Source of the DNA: Nitrospinaceae bacterium
GTDB taxonomy: Bacteria > Nitrospinota > Nitrospinia > Nitrospinales > VA-1
NCBI GenBank assembly: GCA_046754465.1
Contig: JBHHVU010000027.1
Span: forward strand, 1 to 39,359
Direction: 5' to 3'
DNA: 39,359 nucleotides
Shown here piece by piece: positions 28,234-37,893 of this stretch. How positions within the stretch are numbered: position 1 is the first letter of the stretch; every line of letters starts with the position of its first letter. Below the pieces are notes generated by a model. That model ran no database searches, was not told the origin of the DNA, and worked only from the letters and a program-made list of their open reading frames with translations. Both the position numbers and the translations under genes were made by a program.

Positions 28234-29465
28234 TTTTTTTCTCCTCCTTTTTCAAAATTTTCCTCTAACCGGTCCACGACGGCGGCGCCAATGGAATCGC
28301 CCCAAACATTGGTGGCGGTTCGGCAACGGTCCAGAAACCAGTCAATGGAGAGCAGCATCCCAATGCCATCCAGCGGCAACCCGACCGCATGAAGAACCAT
28401 CACCATCGTCACGAGGCCCGCTTCGGGAATTCCCGCGGCCCCCACCGCCGCAAGCGTGGCGGTCAGAAAAACGATGATTTGTTGTCCAAACCCAAGGTGG
28501 ATACCCACCATTTGAGCGATAAACAAGGCCGCCACCGATTCATAAAGAGCGGTGCCATCCATGTTGACGGTGGCGCCGATGGGAAGAACAAACAGGGATG
28601 CCTTGCGGGACACTCGATTATTGATTTCGGCGCACTCCACCGTCACGGGTAGAGTGGCGGAACTGCTGGCGGTGGAAAAGGCGGTGGTCAGCGCTTCGCT
28701 GGCGTTTTTCAGATAAACCAGGGGGTTTCTGCGCGTCACCCACACCAGGATGACCGGTAAAACAATAAAGGCATGGAGAGCCAGGCCCAGAACCACGGTG
28801 AAAGCAAAGCGCCCGATTTTCATCAACTCCGCCACGAATGCATCTCCTCCTCCGGCGGCCCCCAGTTTAGAGGAGATCAACGCAAAAACGCCCAGTGGGG
28901 CAAAATACATCACCAGGTGGACCATCTTCATAATGGCCGCGTTCACCCCATCGAATAAGTCGATGACGGGTTTTCCCTTTTCGCCCAGGGTGGTGAGCAC
29001 GCCTCCGAAAATAAGCGAAAACAGGATGATGGGAAGAATGTCCATTTGGGCCATTGATTGAACCAGGTTTTCCGAGACGAAACTTTTGAGGATCTCGGTA
29101 ATGCCCAGGGCTTCCTTTTCGGAAATTTTTTGCGGGACTCCTTCAACGGCGAGGGTCACCCCCGCTCCCGGTTTCACGACATTCACCAGAATCAACCCCA
29201 AGGCCACGGAAAAGGCCGTGGTCGAACAAAAATAGACGAGGGTGATCACCCCGGTTCTTCCCACCTTACGGATGTCCCCCAATCCAGATATTCCAACGAT
29301 CATCGAAGAAATGATCAGGGGAATGACCAGCATTTTGAGAATATTGAGAAACATCTCCCCGATCCATGCCACCATCCCCATCCGATCCCCAAACACCCAG
29401 CCACAGAAAGCCCCCAGTCCAATTCCCGTGATCATCAGGTAAAGCAGATAATTTTTTCGATTCAT
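28230..29465 (-). CDS. Dicarboxylate/amino acid:cation symporter (DAACS, GltP/GltT family)
   Basis: LKMLVIPL, AFSTASSSATLP, LPIGATVNMDGTALYE, DRCRTATNVWGD. Confidence 0.95.
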   Translation of the reverse strand: MNRKNYLLYLMITGIGLGAFCGWVFGDRMGMVAWIGEMFLNILKMLVIPLIISSMIVGISGLGDIRKVGRTGVITLVYFCSTTAFSVALGLILVNVVKPGAGVTLAVEGVPQKISEKEALGITEILKSFVSENLVQSMAQMDILPIILFSLIFGGVLTTLGEKGKPVIDLFDGVNAAIMKMVHLVMYFAPLGVFALISSKLGAAGGGDAFVAELMKIGRFAFTVVLGLALHAFIVLPVILVWVTRRNPLVYLKNASEALTTAFSTASSSATLPVTVECAEINNRVSRKASLFVLPIGATVNMDGTALYESVAALFIAQMVGIHLGFGQQIIVFLTATLAAVGAAGIPEAGLVTMVMVLHAVGLPLDGIGMLLSIDWFLDRCRTATNVWGDSIGAAVVDRLEENFEKGGEKN

Positions 29466-29630
29466 CGTTTGAATCCGGTTAAAGGGTTTTTATCATTTCG
29501 CGGCCTTCCAGAGCCGACAAAAACCTACCGCTTCTTTTTATCAGCGTTATAATGTGAAATACAACTGCTTCGTGATCTGAAATAAAAACCATCTGTTTGT
29601 ATCAGACATCGATTTTACCGGAGGGGACCC

Positions 29631-30920
29631 ATGGGAGAGACAGTCAAATTAATCTATCAGGGACAAACCTATGAATTACCCGTCCTGGAAGGCCGCTGCG
29701 GGGAAAAAGCCCTGGATATTTCCAAAATGTATTCCCAAACGGGAATAATCACCCTGGACCCGGGATTTCTGAGCACCGGCTCGTGCCAGAGTAAAATCAC
29801 CTATCTCGATGGAGAAAAAGGCATTTTATTATATCGAGGCATCCCCATCGGGCAACTGGCGGAAAAGAGCACTTTTGTTGAAACAGCTTACCTTCTCATA
29901 TACGGCCACCTTCCGAACCGGAAGGAGTTGCATTATTTCAACCATCACATCACCCACCACTCCATGGTTCATGAATCGATCAAGAATCTTTACGATGGGT
30001 TTCCCGACAACCCACATCCCATGGCGGTTACCAGCGCCGTGGTGGGTTCGCTGGCAACCTTTTATGAGAATCAGTTGAGTGTCCGGAATGAGCGGGAAAT
30101 CGAGATAACCATTCATCGCCTGTTGGCAAAACTGCCCACCATCGCCGCCTACAGTTACAAAAAATCTATCGGCCAGCCCCTGCCCTACCCCGATAATTCC
30201 CTGGATTATGCATCCAATTTTTTGAAGATGATGTTTTCGACGCCGTGCGAACCCTACGAAGTTGATCCGGTGGCTGCCAGGGCTCTGGACGTCTTACTGA
30301 TCCTGCACGCGGACCACGAACAAAACTGTTCCACCAGTACCGTCCGGCTCGTGGGTAGTTCCATGTGCAACCTGTTCGCTTCGGTCTCGGCGGGGATTTA
30401 CGCCCTTTGGGGCCCCCTCCATGGAGGTGCGAACCAAGCTGTTATAGAAATGCTTCAAAAAATACATGATGATGGAGGCAACGTCCAAAAATACATCGAT
30501 CGGGCCAAGGATCCCAAGGATCCCTTCCGGCTCATGGGGTTTGGCCACAGGGTTTATAAAAACTTTGATCCACGCAGCCGGATCATCAAGAAATTAACGG
30601 ATCAGGTACTGGACAAACTGCACAAAAAGGAACCTTTATTGGAAATCGCCCTGGCATTGGAGGAAATCGCCACCCGGGAAGACTATTTTATAGAGAAAAA
30701 ACTTTACCCCAATGTTGATTTCTATTCAGGATTAATTTATAAAGCCCTGAGATTCCCCGTCAACATGTTTCCGGTGTTATTTGCCATGGGCCGCCTTCCG
30801 GGGTGGATCGCTCACTGGAAAGAACTTCAGGAGGATGAGAATTTCAGAATCAGCCGGCCCCGCCAGTTGTATATGGGTGAGCCCCAAATAGAATACATCC
30901 CCATGGAAGAAAGAACATAA
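29631..30920 (+). CDS. gltA: Citrate synthase (type II-like)
   Basis: LHADHEQNCST, WGPLHGGAN, LMGFGHRVYKNFDPR, YPNVDFYSG. Confidence 0.97.
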   Translation: MGETVKLIYQGQTYELPVLEGRCGEKALDISKMYSQTGIITLDPGFLSTGSCQSKITYLDGEKGILLYRGIPIGQLAEKSTFVETAYLLIYGHLPNRKELHYFNHHITHHSMVHESIKNLYDGFPDNPHPMAVTSAVVGSLATFYENQLSVRNEREIEITIHRLLAKLPTIAAYSYKKSIGQPLPYPDNSLDYASNFLKMMFSTPCEPYEVDPVAARALDVLLILHADHEQNCSTSTVRLVGSSMCNLFASVSAGIYALWGPLHGGANQAVIEMLQKIHDDGGNVQKYIDRAKDPKDPFRLMGFGHRVYKNFDPRSRIIKKLTDQVLDKLHKKEPLLEIALALEEIATREDYFIEKKLYPNVDFYSGLIYKALRFPVNMFPVLFAMGRLPGWIAHWKELQEDENFRISRPRQLYMGEPQIEYIPMEERT

Positions 30921-31000
30921 ATGCGTTTCGGCTGGACCGTTGGATGAGGTTCCAGGGTATCGGCAAGGTTAAGGGCATCCGGAAAAAATCGGCAAAAACT

Positions 31001-31324
31001 TTAGGATGCAGGTTCAATGGTACAGGTGAAGGGAAATAGTTCCAGGGAGGCGGCGGCGTGCACCTGCTCGACTTTGAATTCCGCCTGCTCCAGCGGCAGG
31101 GTGGCCACGTGGGCCGCCCCTTGATGGTGGATTTCAAACATTAATTTTTCCGCCGTTTCATAATCCTTACTCAATAGGGTGATCAATATGCGGACGACGA
31201 ATTCCATGGTGGTTACGTCATCGTTCCACATGATGATCTTATACAGAGGAAGGTAGGCGCTCTCGACCGATCCATCGGTTTTCTCATCAATGCCGGGGGA
31301 AAAAGGTAATGTTTCTGTTGCCAT
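31001..31324 (-). CDS. clpS: ATP-dependent Clp protease adaptor ClpS
   Basis: YKIIMWNDDVTTMEFVV, LMFEIHHQG, FPFTCTIEP. Confidence 0.93.
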   Translation of the reverse strand: MATETLPFSPGIDEKTDGSVESAYLPLYKIIMWNDDVTTMEFVVRILITLLSKDYETAEKLMFEIHHQGAAHVATLPLEQAEFKVEQVHAAASLELFPFTCTIEPAS

Positions 31325-31453
31325 GACGACTTACATTAAAAGAATGGATGAACAGGCCCGCAGGATCCCTACGGGAGAAAATGACTATCCACTAATCATA
31401 GAAAATATGAAAAAATTTTTCAAATTTTTTGTCGGAAGTTCCACGAACTTATT

Positions 31454-32404
31454 ATGATACAGAAATTTAAATGCACATCACGGTTCAGGAAATTCCATTG
31501 GGGCCTGGCGGTGTGTTTAACAGCCCTGTCCTGGTTTTTGGGGACAATGTTCATTCACGGTCCCCTGGAAGCGAATCCGCCGGTGTCAAAATCCATTCCC
31601 CACGGCGAATACGCCTCTTTTGAACCCGAGGGTGATATCCGTCGCTTTGTCGGAGAAACCCTTTATTTCGACATCAGTTTTTTGTGGTTCAAGAATGCAG
31701 CCTCCGCCCAAGTAGGCTTTTACGAAAAGAACGGAACTTATTTTTCCTATCTGAGTGCCCAAACCAAGGGAATTGTCGGTTTTTTCACTGCTTACCGGAA
31801 GCATATATACAAATCAACGTTAGACATCATTGATGGAGGCAGGCGGGTCCGCGCCAACCGGTTCGAAAGAAAAGTGATCGAGGGGGGCAAGGTCGAAAAA
31901 TCCGACCACCATTTTGACTACAAAACCCGGATACACAAATGGTTTGAATATGTCAACGATGACCTCGTGGAAACAGGCCAGGAAGAAATTCCCCTGGGAA
32001 CCACCTTTGATGACGTCCTGACGGCTTTTTATAACTTCCGCAACGGGGTTTACGGCCGGGTGGAAAGAGGCAAAAAATATGATATCACAACGATTCCCGA
32101 CAAGGGGTTCCAGAAAATATCCGTTGAAATCAACGATGCCGCGGAAGAAGAAAAAATCAGAAAGCAGGAAGGAAGAAATAATAGGAATGAATTCCTCGTG
32201 GATATCATTGTACCCAAAAAGTTATTCAACACCCGGTCGGGAAAGATCCGGCTTTGGTCTTCCAAACACCTGATCCCACTGGAATCAACCATCAAGGACT
32301 ACATTTTTCTTGGGGACCTGCACGCGGAATTTCGCAAACGGGATTACGAAAGAGCCACCTTGACCGGGGTTTCCACCACTTCCGGGATCCCCTCCCGCCC
32401 CTGA
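31454..32404 (+). CDS. DUF3108-like exported protein
   Basis: N-terminal TM/signal, GETLYFDISFLW, DDVLTAFYNFR, IRLWSS..LIP motif pattern. Confidence 0.65.
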   Translation: MIQKFKCTSRFRKFHWGLAVCLTALSWFLGTMFIHGPLEANPPVSKSIPHGEYASFEPEGDIRRFVGETLYFDISFLWFKNAASAQVGFYEKNGTYFSYLSAQTKGIVGFFTAYRKHIYKSTLDIIDGGRRVRANRFERKVIEGGKVEKSDHHFDYKTRIHKWFEYVNDDLVETGQEEIPLGTTFDDVLTAFYNFRNGVYGRVERGKKYDITTIPDKGFQKISVEINDAAEEEKIRKQEGRNNRNEFLVDIIVPKKLFNTRSGKIRLWSSKHLIPLESTIKDYIFLGDLHAEFRKRDYERATLTGVSTTSGIPSRP

Positions 32405-32421
32405 TCCGAGAGTCCGTTCCG

Positions 32422-32766
32422 TCACACCTCAAAAAAAGGAGAGGGCGGGTCGCGCCAGATGTCCACCTGATTGGTTTCATCCAGCGTCACTTCTCCAAAA
32501 GTGACCGAATATTGTTCCGTGTTCTCGCAATCATAATCCACCGTTATTTTTTTTATATTCCACCGGCCCCGGGCAGGACCCAGCAAGGTCAAACTGTGAG
32601 CAAAACTGTTGATATCGAATCCGCCAACGAAAGATTCACCGCTTCCCGTCCCCCCCTGGACCTCTTCCAGGGGTAAAGTGTGATTGTTGATACTGAATAA
32701 TACCGGCCCGGTGGTTCCGGGTTCCCCCGTCTGGATATTGACTTTGAATCGATTCAGTTTTGGCAT
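32422..32766 (-). CDS. Hypothetical protein, possibly PLAT/LH2-like beta-sandwich
   Basis: AAGGAAG RBS. FKVNIQTG and WNIKKITV resemble PLAT motifs. Confidence 0.7.
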   Translation of the reverse strand: MPKLNRFKVNIQTGEPGTTGPVLFSINNHTLPLEEVQGGTGSGESFVGGFDINSFAHSLTLLGPARGRWNIKKITVDYDCENTEQYSVTFGEVTLDETNQVDIWRDPPSPFFEV

Positions 32767-32774
32767 GGCTTCCT

Positions 32775-33623
32775 TCAGGAAAAATAAGGGTTCAATCCGG
32801 CGGAATGATCCGTTTCGTCCAAAATGGCCCCCACCGCCGGAACGGCGGAGCGGAAGGCGGTATGGATCCCCTGTTTCAGGGTCAGATCAGCGGCGCTGCA
32901 TCCCTGGCACCCTCCCCCCATCTGGATGGTCACGGTATTTCCGGTGACATCCAGCAAAGTGATCCTGCCCCCGTGTCCGGCCACGCCGGGGTTGACTTCG
33001 TTATCGAGCACCTTTTTGATCTCCAACCGGATCATTTCCTCCGAGGGCATCTCCCGGAGGATTTTTTCGCCGATCAGCGGGCCTCCCCCCTCCTGAAGAA
33101 CTTTTCGGACCGCCGCTCCCACTTCCTTGCCAAGCGGTTTCCAATCATACTGGGTCTTGTCCTTCCGCGTGATGGTGAGGGTATTCTCAAGAACCATGAC
33201 CGTTTCGACATCGTCCAGGGAGAACAAAGCTTCCGCCAGTGGAGAACCGACCGCGCTCTCGAAATCCGGGAAAAACCAAGAATTTCCGCCCAACAAGGTT
33301 CGATTGACTCGAAAAACGCACTGATCCTGGTTCGGGGAGGGCTGCGCCTGAATCAGAATTTGATCCGATTCCGGAACCGTGCACGCATCGCTCAGTATTG
33401 GCGCCTGGATGGTCACGCGTTCGGCGGGGGTGCCGGAAGCCGTTTCATCCTCCGCCGCGGGCCGCGGGTCTTCCGCCAGCTCCGGCATCCCGGAATCTGG
33501 ACGGACAGGGAAAGTGCCGGGAATGGAGACCGGCGCGCCGGACCTTTCCTCGGTGGACCCGGCCGTGCCCTGGACCAGCTCCGGGCTGGTCATCAGATTT
33601 TTTATTTTTTTTATCAGAGACAA
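32775..33623 (-). CDS. NifU/Nfu family Fe-S cluster carrier (Nfu_N + NifU C domain)
   Basis: QPSPN....F, SPLAEALF, VNPGVAGHGG, MGGGCQGC. TTG start after GGAGA. Confidence 0.9.
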   Translation of the reverse strand: MSLIKKIKNLMTSPELVQGTAGSTEERSGAPVSIPGTFPVRPDSGMPELAEDPRPAAEDETASGTPAERVTIQAPILSDACTVPESDQILIQAQPSPNQDQCVFRVNRTLLGGNSWFFPDFESAVGSPLAEALFSLDDVETVMVLENTLTITRKDKTQYDWKPLGKEVGAAVRKVLQEGGGPLIGEKILREMPSEEMIRLEIKKVLDNEVNPGVAGHGGRITLLDVTGNTVTIQMGGGCQGCSAADLTLKQGIHTAFRSAVPAVGAILDETDHSAGLNPYFS

Positions 33624-33890
33624 GTTTGGATTCTCCAGAAAATGTTTTTATATCAAAATCAACAGGAACTCCTGGGTTCCCGCCAATTCTTGATTCAGAG
33701 ATGTATTTTAAATTATATTGGCAGCCAGGTACTCAAAAAAACAACCGATGGCCACAGGCCTGGGTTCCTGAGGCTCCAAAAGGCGTTTTCAGGTACGATT
33801 CGGGAGGTTATTATCCCAGGCCGAACATGAAAAAAAACAACCCAAGGACAACAAAAACCGAGGCGCGGACTCAAAATTCTTGACGAAGGG

Positions 33891-34262
33891 TTAAAGCCGG
33901 AAGGCGTCCTCAAGCAAGTCGATCTTCCAGGTTTCGGGATTTTCGGGGGAACCGGTTATGCCTACCACATCGAACCGCACATCTCTTCCCTCAATTTTAT
34001 GTTTCGCGAGAAAACTTCGTGCCGTTTTCGCCAGCCGGGCTTGTTTGGAGGGAGTCAACGCCAGGAAGGGATGCCCAAAGGCATCATTGGCGCGGGATTT
34101 CACTTCAATGAACACCACCACCTTTTGATTTTCGGCGATGATGTCGATTTCCCCCACCGCGGCGCGATAATTTTTTTTAAGAATGCGGTACCCCCTTTTC
34201 TTGAGAAACGCCACCGCCGCCTCTTCGCCCGCTTTCCCAAATTTTAAGCGTTCCTGGGTCAT
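33891..34262 (-). CDS. yraN: YraN (UPF0102) family protein
   Basis: GKAGEEAA..FL...GY.IL..NYR...GEIDIIA....VFIEVK.R, RFDVV. Confidence 0.93.
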   Translation of the reverse strand: MTQERLKFGKAGEEAAVAFLKKRGYRILKKNYRAAVGEIDIIAENQKVVVFIEVKSRANDAFGHPFLALTPSKQARLAKTARSFLAKHKIEGRDVRFDVVGITGSPENPETWKIDLLEDAFRL

Positions 34263-34286
34263 GATCTCTCACCCTCGGGTGCTGGC

Positions 34287-34320
34287 TTTCCGGAATGCCG
34301 GAACTTTTCCGGAATGCCGG
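34287..34320. repeat. 15-bp direct repeat
   Basis: tttccggaatgccgg at 34287-34301 and 34306-34320. Confidence 0.6.
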
Positions 34321-34422
34321 CCTTTCCGGCCCATCTGGCCTCTTCCAACATCCCCATTATTTGAATTCAATACGCCGGCCGTGCAAGGGTTGGTAGAAAA
34401 GATCGCTCCCAGGCTAAAAGTT

Positions 34423-35139
34423 TCAAATCCTTGGAAACCACATTCCCGTCCTGGCGCGAAATTGCTTGTACTCTTCCCCGAACTGATCCGCCAGGGCTTT
34501 TTCTTCAAAATAAATCCGGAACTGGAATCCGAACCAGGCCAGCAGCAGGCCCGCTATTCCCACCCCCCAGGAATGCGTGTTGATGGCATACGCGGCCACG
34601 ACCATCATCATGGCGGTGTAGGAAGGATGACGGATTCTGCCATACAGTTGGTCGGTTTTTAAAGCCTGTCTCTCGCGGAAAGCGATATCAAATTTAAAGG
34701 CCACCGAGCCCAATTGGTAAACCGCGGCCACCCGCAGGGCCGATCCGAATATGAAAAAAAAGAGGAGTACCGCCAGTTCCGGGGTTGTGACAGGAACGGC
34801 CGTCCCCCTGGCTATAAAGGACAACCCGATGAGCGCCGCACCAATGGGAAGCGTATGACCCAGCAACTGGAGCCAGAAAGGCCTGTCAAAGGTGACGTCT
34901 TCGGGTTTTACCGTCAGGACGAATATCACCAGCTCGATGATCCCGAATATCGTGTTGAAAAAGGAAACCAGGAGGAATCGCTCGGCATTTTCCGCGGTCA
35001 AACCCAGTGGGACGAGAGGGGCCAGATAAATCAGACCGACCAGCATGATATTGAAATTAAAATTGCGGATCAACGCCCAGGCAAATACAAAGATAAAAAT
35101 ACCAAAATTGAGCTGAATTAAAAACTGGAAAATAGCCAT
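34423..35139 (-). CDS. Isoprenylcysteine carboxyl methyltransferase (ICMT/Ste14) family membrane protein
   Basis: LYGRIRHPSY and RIYFEEKAL..QFGEEY; multiple TM helices. Confidence 0.88.
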   Translation of the reverse strand: MAIFQFLIQLNFGIFIFVFAWALIRNFNFNIMLVGLIYLAPLVPLGLTAENAERFLLVSFFNTIFGIIELVIFVLTVKPEDVTFDRPFWLQLLGHTLPIGAALIGLSFIARGTAVPVTTPELAVLLFFFIFGSALRVAAVYQLGSVAFKFDIAFRERQALKTDQLYGRIRHPSYTAMMMVVAAYAINTHSWGVGIAGLLLAWFGFQFRIYFEEKALADQFGEEYKQFRARTGMWFPRI

Positions 35140-35487
35140 CGGGTCCCGGCCGGAATGTATGCTTGAAACCTGGATTTGTAAAAATTTTCCTGGTGGGGAG
35201 GGCTCTCTCTGCCCCTTTAGTTACAATCCCCTTTCAGGCCTTGTTCGGCAAACCAAAAAGTGGCTTCAAATATTTGCAAAATTTAAAATAATCGATTTCC
35301 CATCCGCATTCCTCTGTTTTTTACGGAATTTTTATTATAAGATATATAAAATTTAACTCATTGTAAGATTTGGAAAATCTTCCCGGAAATTGCGGTTCAG
35401 GCAGAGTTTTCATAATCCGGACGAGAGCCATATTTTTGAAGCCACGATTGAAGAATTCAATCATCGAGATAGTTTGAGAGGTTCATA

Positions 35488-37887
35488 ATGAATATCCGAT
35501 CTTTAAATATCCCTCCCGAGGTAAGAAGGGAGATAGAAGAATTTGCCGCCGAGGTGGAACGGCGTAACCGCGGGGAAGTGCCCGAGGAGGAGTTCAAGCG
35601 ATTCCGTTTGCAGCAGGGAATTTATGGTCAGAGACAGGACGAGGAACAAATGGTCCGGACCAAGCTTCCGCAAGGCCGGATGACCTCGGACCAACTCCAT
35701 TGCCTGGCTGATTTTGCGGAGAAATATTCGCACGGCATCCTTCACATCACCACCCGGCAAGACATTCAGTTCCATTTCGTAAAATTGCAGGATGTGGCCC
35801 AGGGATTGCAGGAATTCGCGGACCATGGCCTCACCACCCGCGAGGCTTGCGGCAATACGGTACGAAACGTGACGGCCTGCCACAAGGCGGGGACTTGCGC
35901 CAATGAATTGTTCGACGTTTCTCCTTATGGAAAGGCAGTCACCCGGTATCTGCTCCGTCACCCGCTGACCCAGAACCTTCCCAGAAAATTCAAGATCAGC
36001 CTGGGGGGATGCGCGGGATGCGGCCTTGCCCCCATCCACGATATCGGCCTGAATGCGGCCGTCCGGCTGGAAAACGGACGCGAAATTCGCGGATTCAAGG
36101 TACTTTTTGGCGGCGGCCTGGGGTCCTCCCCGCATGCGGCCCAGTTGCTGACCGAATTCGTGCCAGCGGACAACCTGCTCCGCATGTGCGAAGCCATCAT
36201 CCGCGTGTTCGACCAACATGGGGATAAACGCAACCGGAACAAGGCCCGGTTCAAATTCGTCCTGGAAAAACTCGGATTGGAAAAAACCCGGGAACTTTTT
36301 GAGCGGGAATTCGCCGCCCTGGAAGAAAAACATTATGATCCCATTGAGATTCCCGAACCGCGGATTCCTCCCATTCCGGAATACACGATCAATTCGGAAT
36401 TCGATTCCGACACGGAGTTTTTAAGCTGGAAATCCCGAAATACCCTGGAACAGAAACAACCGGGATTCCATAACGTACAAATCAAACTGCTGTTGGGCGA
36501 TTTGACCATTTCCCAGGCCCGGACCATCGCTGACATTGCCGGGGCCTATGCCGCGGGGATCATCATCAATACCGTCAACCAGAACATGATGGTTCCCTGG
36601 GTGAAGGGAAACGCCCTGGGAGCCGTGTACGGTGAATTAAAAAAGATAGGCCTTCACAAAGCCGGAACCGAGGAGATTCGCGATATCACCTGTTGCCCGG
36701 GTTCGGAGACTTGCAATTTGGGAATCACCGCCTCCCGGGGACTGGTCACCCACATGAATCAGGAGATGGAAAACGGTTCTTCCTTTTCCAACGACCTGGA
36801 CCACATTTCTATCAAGGCAAGCGGATGTCCCAACTCCTGTGGACAACACCACATCGCCTCTATCGGATTCCACGGCGGGGCGAAGAAGGTCAACGGCGTC
36901 CTCACCCCCCACTATGAAATATTTCTCGGAGGGGCGGTTTCAGAAGACCGGGTCCAGTTCGGCACACCGGTGATCAAGGTTCCCGCCAAGAACGCGCCCG
37001 GCGTGGTACGGCAAACCCTTGACAACTACAAGCAGGAAAAACTTCCCGGGGAAACCTTCGACAACTTTTTCAAAAGAAAAGGGAAAAAGCATTTCCGGGA
37101 TTTGCTGAACCCCTTGAGGGAACTTCCCGGCATCGAACAGTCCCCCGAATCTTACATCGATTTTGGCGCCACCAAGAAATTCAGCCTGGAAGACCGGGGA
37201 CAGGGCGAATGCGCCGGCGCCTTGACCGATATGATCCAGGACCGGCTATCGGAGGCCGATCGGGCTCATTTTCAAGGAAAACTGGCCTTGGAGAAGGAAA
37301 ATTTCACCGAGGCGGTCGCCCTGGCCCAACGGTCCCTGGTCGCTTGCGCCCGGGCCCTTCTCGTGACCGAGGGCATGGACTTTACCGACGATGGGGAATG
37401 TTTGAAAAAGTTCCAGTCGCTGATCGTCGATATGGAAATTGTTTCCGAGAAATACGCGGACCTCATTGACCATTATGAAGTGGATGTCAAATCGGCCGAT
37501 ATTGCCAAAGCCTCCGGCTGGCTGGAAAACACCAAAAACCTTTTGACCGAATGTAAAGAGGTCTACAATAAGCTGCAGCGAGACCAATCGCTCCGGATCC
37601 GGGTGGGTCCCAACGGTGGAGACTCTGCCAAAACCGCGAAACCCCCGGGTCAGGAACCACCTGTGTCTCGGGGCAAGATCGACCTCCTGGGAGTCAAATG
37701 TCCGTTCAATTACGTAAAAACCAAACTGAAACTGGAAACAATGGCCGCCGGAAGTACGTTGGAGGTTCTTTTGGACGAGGGCGAACCCGCGGAAAATGTT
37801 CCCAAGAGCATCCAGAACGATGGGCACAAGCTGTTGTCCCTGGAAAAGGAAAATGGGCATTTTAAGATGGTCATTCAAAAGGTCTGA
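35488..37887 (+). CDS. Siroheme/[4Fe-4S] sulfite (or nitrite) reductase fused to a helical (HEPN-like) domain and a C-terminal TusA domain
   Basis: RL.QGIYGQR, HITTRQDIQ, CGNTVRN, LPRKFK, CCPGSETCNLG...SGCPNSCGQH. C-terminal IDLLGVKCPFNYVKTKL...LEVLLD is TusA/SirA-like. Confidence 0.9.
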   Translation: MNIRSLNIPPEVRREIEEFAAEVERRNRGEVPEEEFKRFRLQQGIYGQRQDEEQMVRTKLPQGRMTSDQLHCLADFAEKYSHGILHITTRQDIQFHFVKLQDVAQGLQEFADHGLTTREACGNTVRNVTACHKAGTCANELFDVSPYGKAVTRYLLRHPLTQNLPRKFKISLGGCAGCGLAPIHDIGLNAAVRLENGREIRGFKVLFGGGLGSSPHAAQLLTEFVPADNLLRMCEAIIRVFDQHGDKRNRNKARFKFVLEKLGLEKTRELFEREFAALEEKHYDPIEIPEPRIPPIPEYTINSEFDSDTEFLSWKSRNTLEQKQPGFHNVQIKLLLGDLTISQARTIADIAGAYAAGIIINTVNQNMMVPWVKGNALGAVYGELKKIGLHKAGTEEIRDITCCPGSETCNLGITASRGLVTHMNQEMENGSSFSNDLDHISIKASGCPNSCGQHHIASIGFHGGAKKVNGVLTPHYEIFLGGAVSEDRVQFGTPVIKVPAKNAPGVVRQTLDNYKQEKLPGETFDNFFKRKGKKHFRDLLNPLRELPGIEQSPESYIDFGATKKFSLEDRGQGECAGALTDMIQDRLSEADRAHFQGKLALEKENFTEAVALAQRSLVACARALLVTEGMDFTDDGECLKKFQSLIVDMEIVSEKYADLIDHYEVDVKSADIAKASGWLENTKNLLTECKEVYNKLQRDQSLRIRVGPNGGDSAKTAKPPGQEPPVSRGKIDLLGVKCPFNYVKTKLKLETMAAGSTLEVLLDEGEPAENVPKSIQNDGHKLLSLEKENGHFKMVIQKV

Positions 37888-37893
37888 GGAGGA

